The notes beneath the pieces are model-generated. The model was given only the letters and a program-made list of their open reading frames with translations. It did no database searches and was not told the origin of the DNA. Below are positions 63,291-64,000 of a stretch of DNA of 64,000 bases, piece by piece. This DNA is from Cetorhinus maximus (Eukaryota). Positions within the stretch are counted from its first letter, which is position 1, and every line of letters starts with the position of its first letter. The stretch is from NCBI RefSeq assembly GCF_964194155.1, contig NC_135886.1, forward strand, positions 81,468,001-81,532,000, in the 5' to 3' direction. Position numbers and translations under genes: made by a program.

Positions 63291-64000
63291 TAAGTCTTAA
63301 CTTTAAAAGCGATAATGTAGCAGTGTAAGTGTGGATAAGGAAAGACATCATAAAAACCAGTATTATGATAATCATAGCTCCAGAGTAAATATATTAAAGT
63401 ACTTTTCCTTTTACCATGACACCAGGCTCTTGAGGTCGAAGCATCACGAATCTTTTATTGCCTATTGCTGAAGCCAAAAAAGTTCTAACCCCTAGGTGCA
63501 CTGCAGCAATTGAACCATAAACATCAACCGCTAGAAAGGCATATGATGATTCAGGTTTTGCTTATAAGCAACATGATCTGAAAACAATTGTAGCAAAGCA
63601 ATTGAGAAAGAAGACATCCAGGAGTGATTTTAATAGCTAGAATATAATCAAGATGCTCAAAGGACAAAGCAAAACAAGAGTGCTTATAAAAAGTCACCTG
63701 AACTCTTAAGACATTGTTTTAACCTTACAATACTCTCAAGAATCCAATTTTGAAACTCAACATTACATTGAATTTGTTGTTATACCTGTGTCATGTTGGC
63801 AACTACAGCAGGTGATGTAACACAAACAAGTGGCATAGGTTCCAGTCCTTCTAAAGTGTCATTATGCGGAGTGTCCAGCCTTCGTAAACATCCCCACATT
63901 TAGAAAATACATACTGTTAGCAATATGCAGCATATAGTCCAACAAGCATGCAAAACATAGGGGCAATGTCAATTCAGAACTCACACATGGTGATAAAACG

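Overview
Repeat-rich vertebrate genomic DNA, most likely from a cartilaginous fish (shark), inferred from the CR1/L2/Penelope/SINE content. Three spliced genes can be read directly. (1) The first three coding exons of a monoamine oxidase (MAO) gene on the minus strand (13013->54, continuing off the left edge). (2) A complete 8-exon BRCC3 (BRCC36 JAMM deubiquitinase, 261 aa) on the minus strand (49485->24274), with a U12-type AT-AC intron. (3) A complete CMC4 (68 aa, Cx9C protein) on the plus strand (52080-57482), head-to-head with BRCC3 across a CpG-rich promoter. Most of the rest is nested transposable-element sequence. Leads worth checking: an MAO in the BRCC3/CMC4 neighbourhood rather than the usual NDP/EFHC2 one (possible separate paralog); a LINE family with a tRNA-like A-box/B-box head plus internally deleted SINE-like derivatives; a diverged copy of the BRCC3 C-terminal coding segment in its own 3' UTR; a CpG-decayed copy of the promoter next to an inverted RTE; a Penelope-type inverted repeat with hammerhead-like motifs; and X-box-like tandem repeats in BRCC3 intron 1. 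All calls are by eye; no database searches were run.
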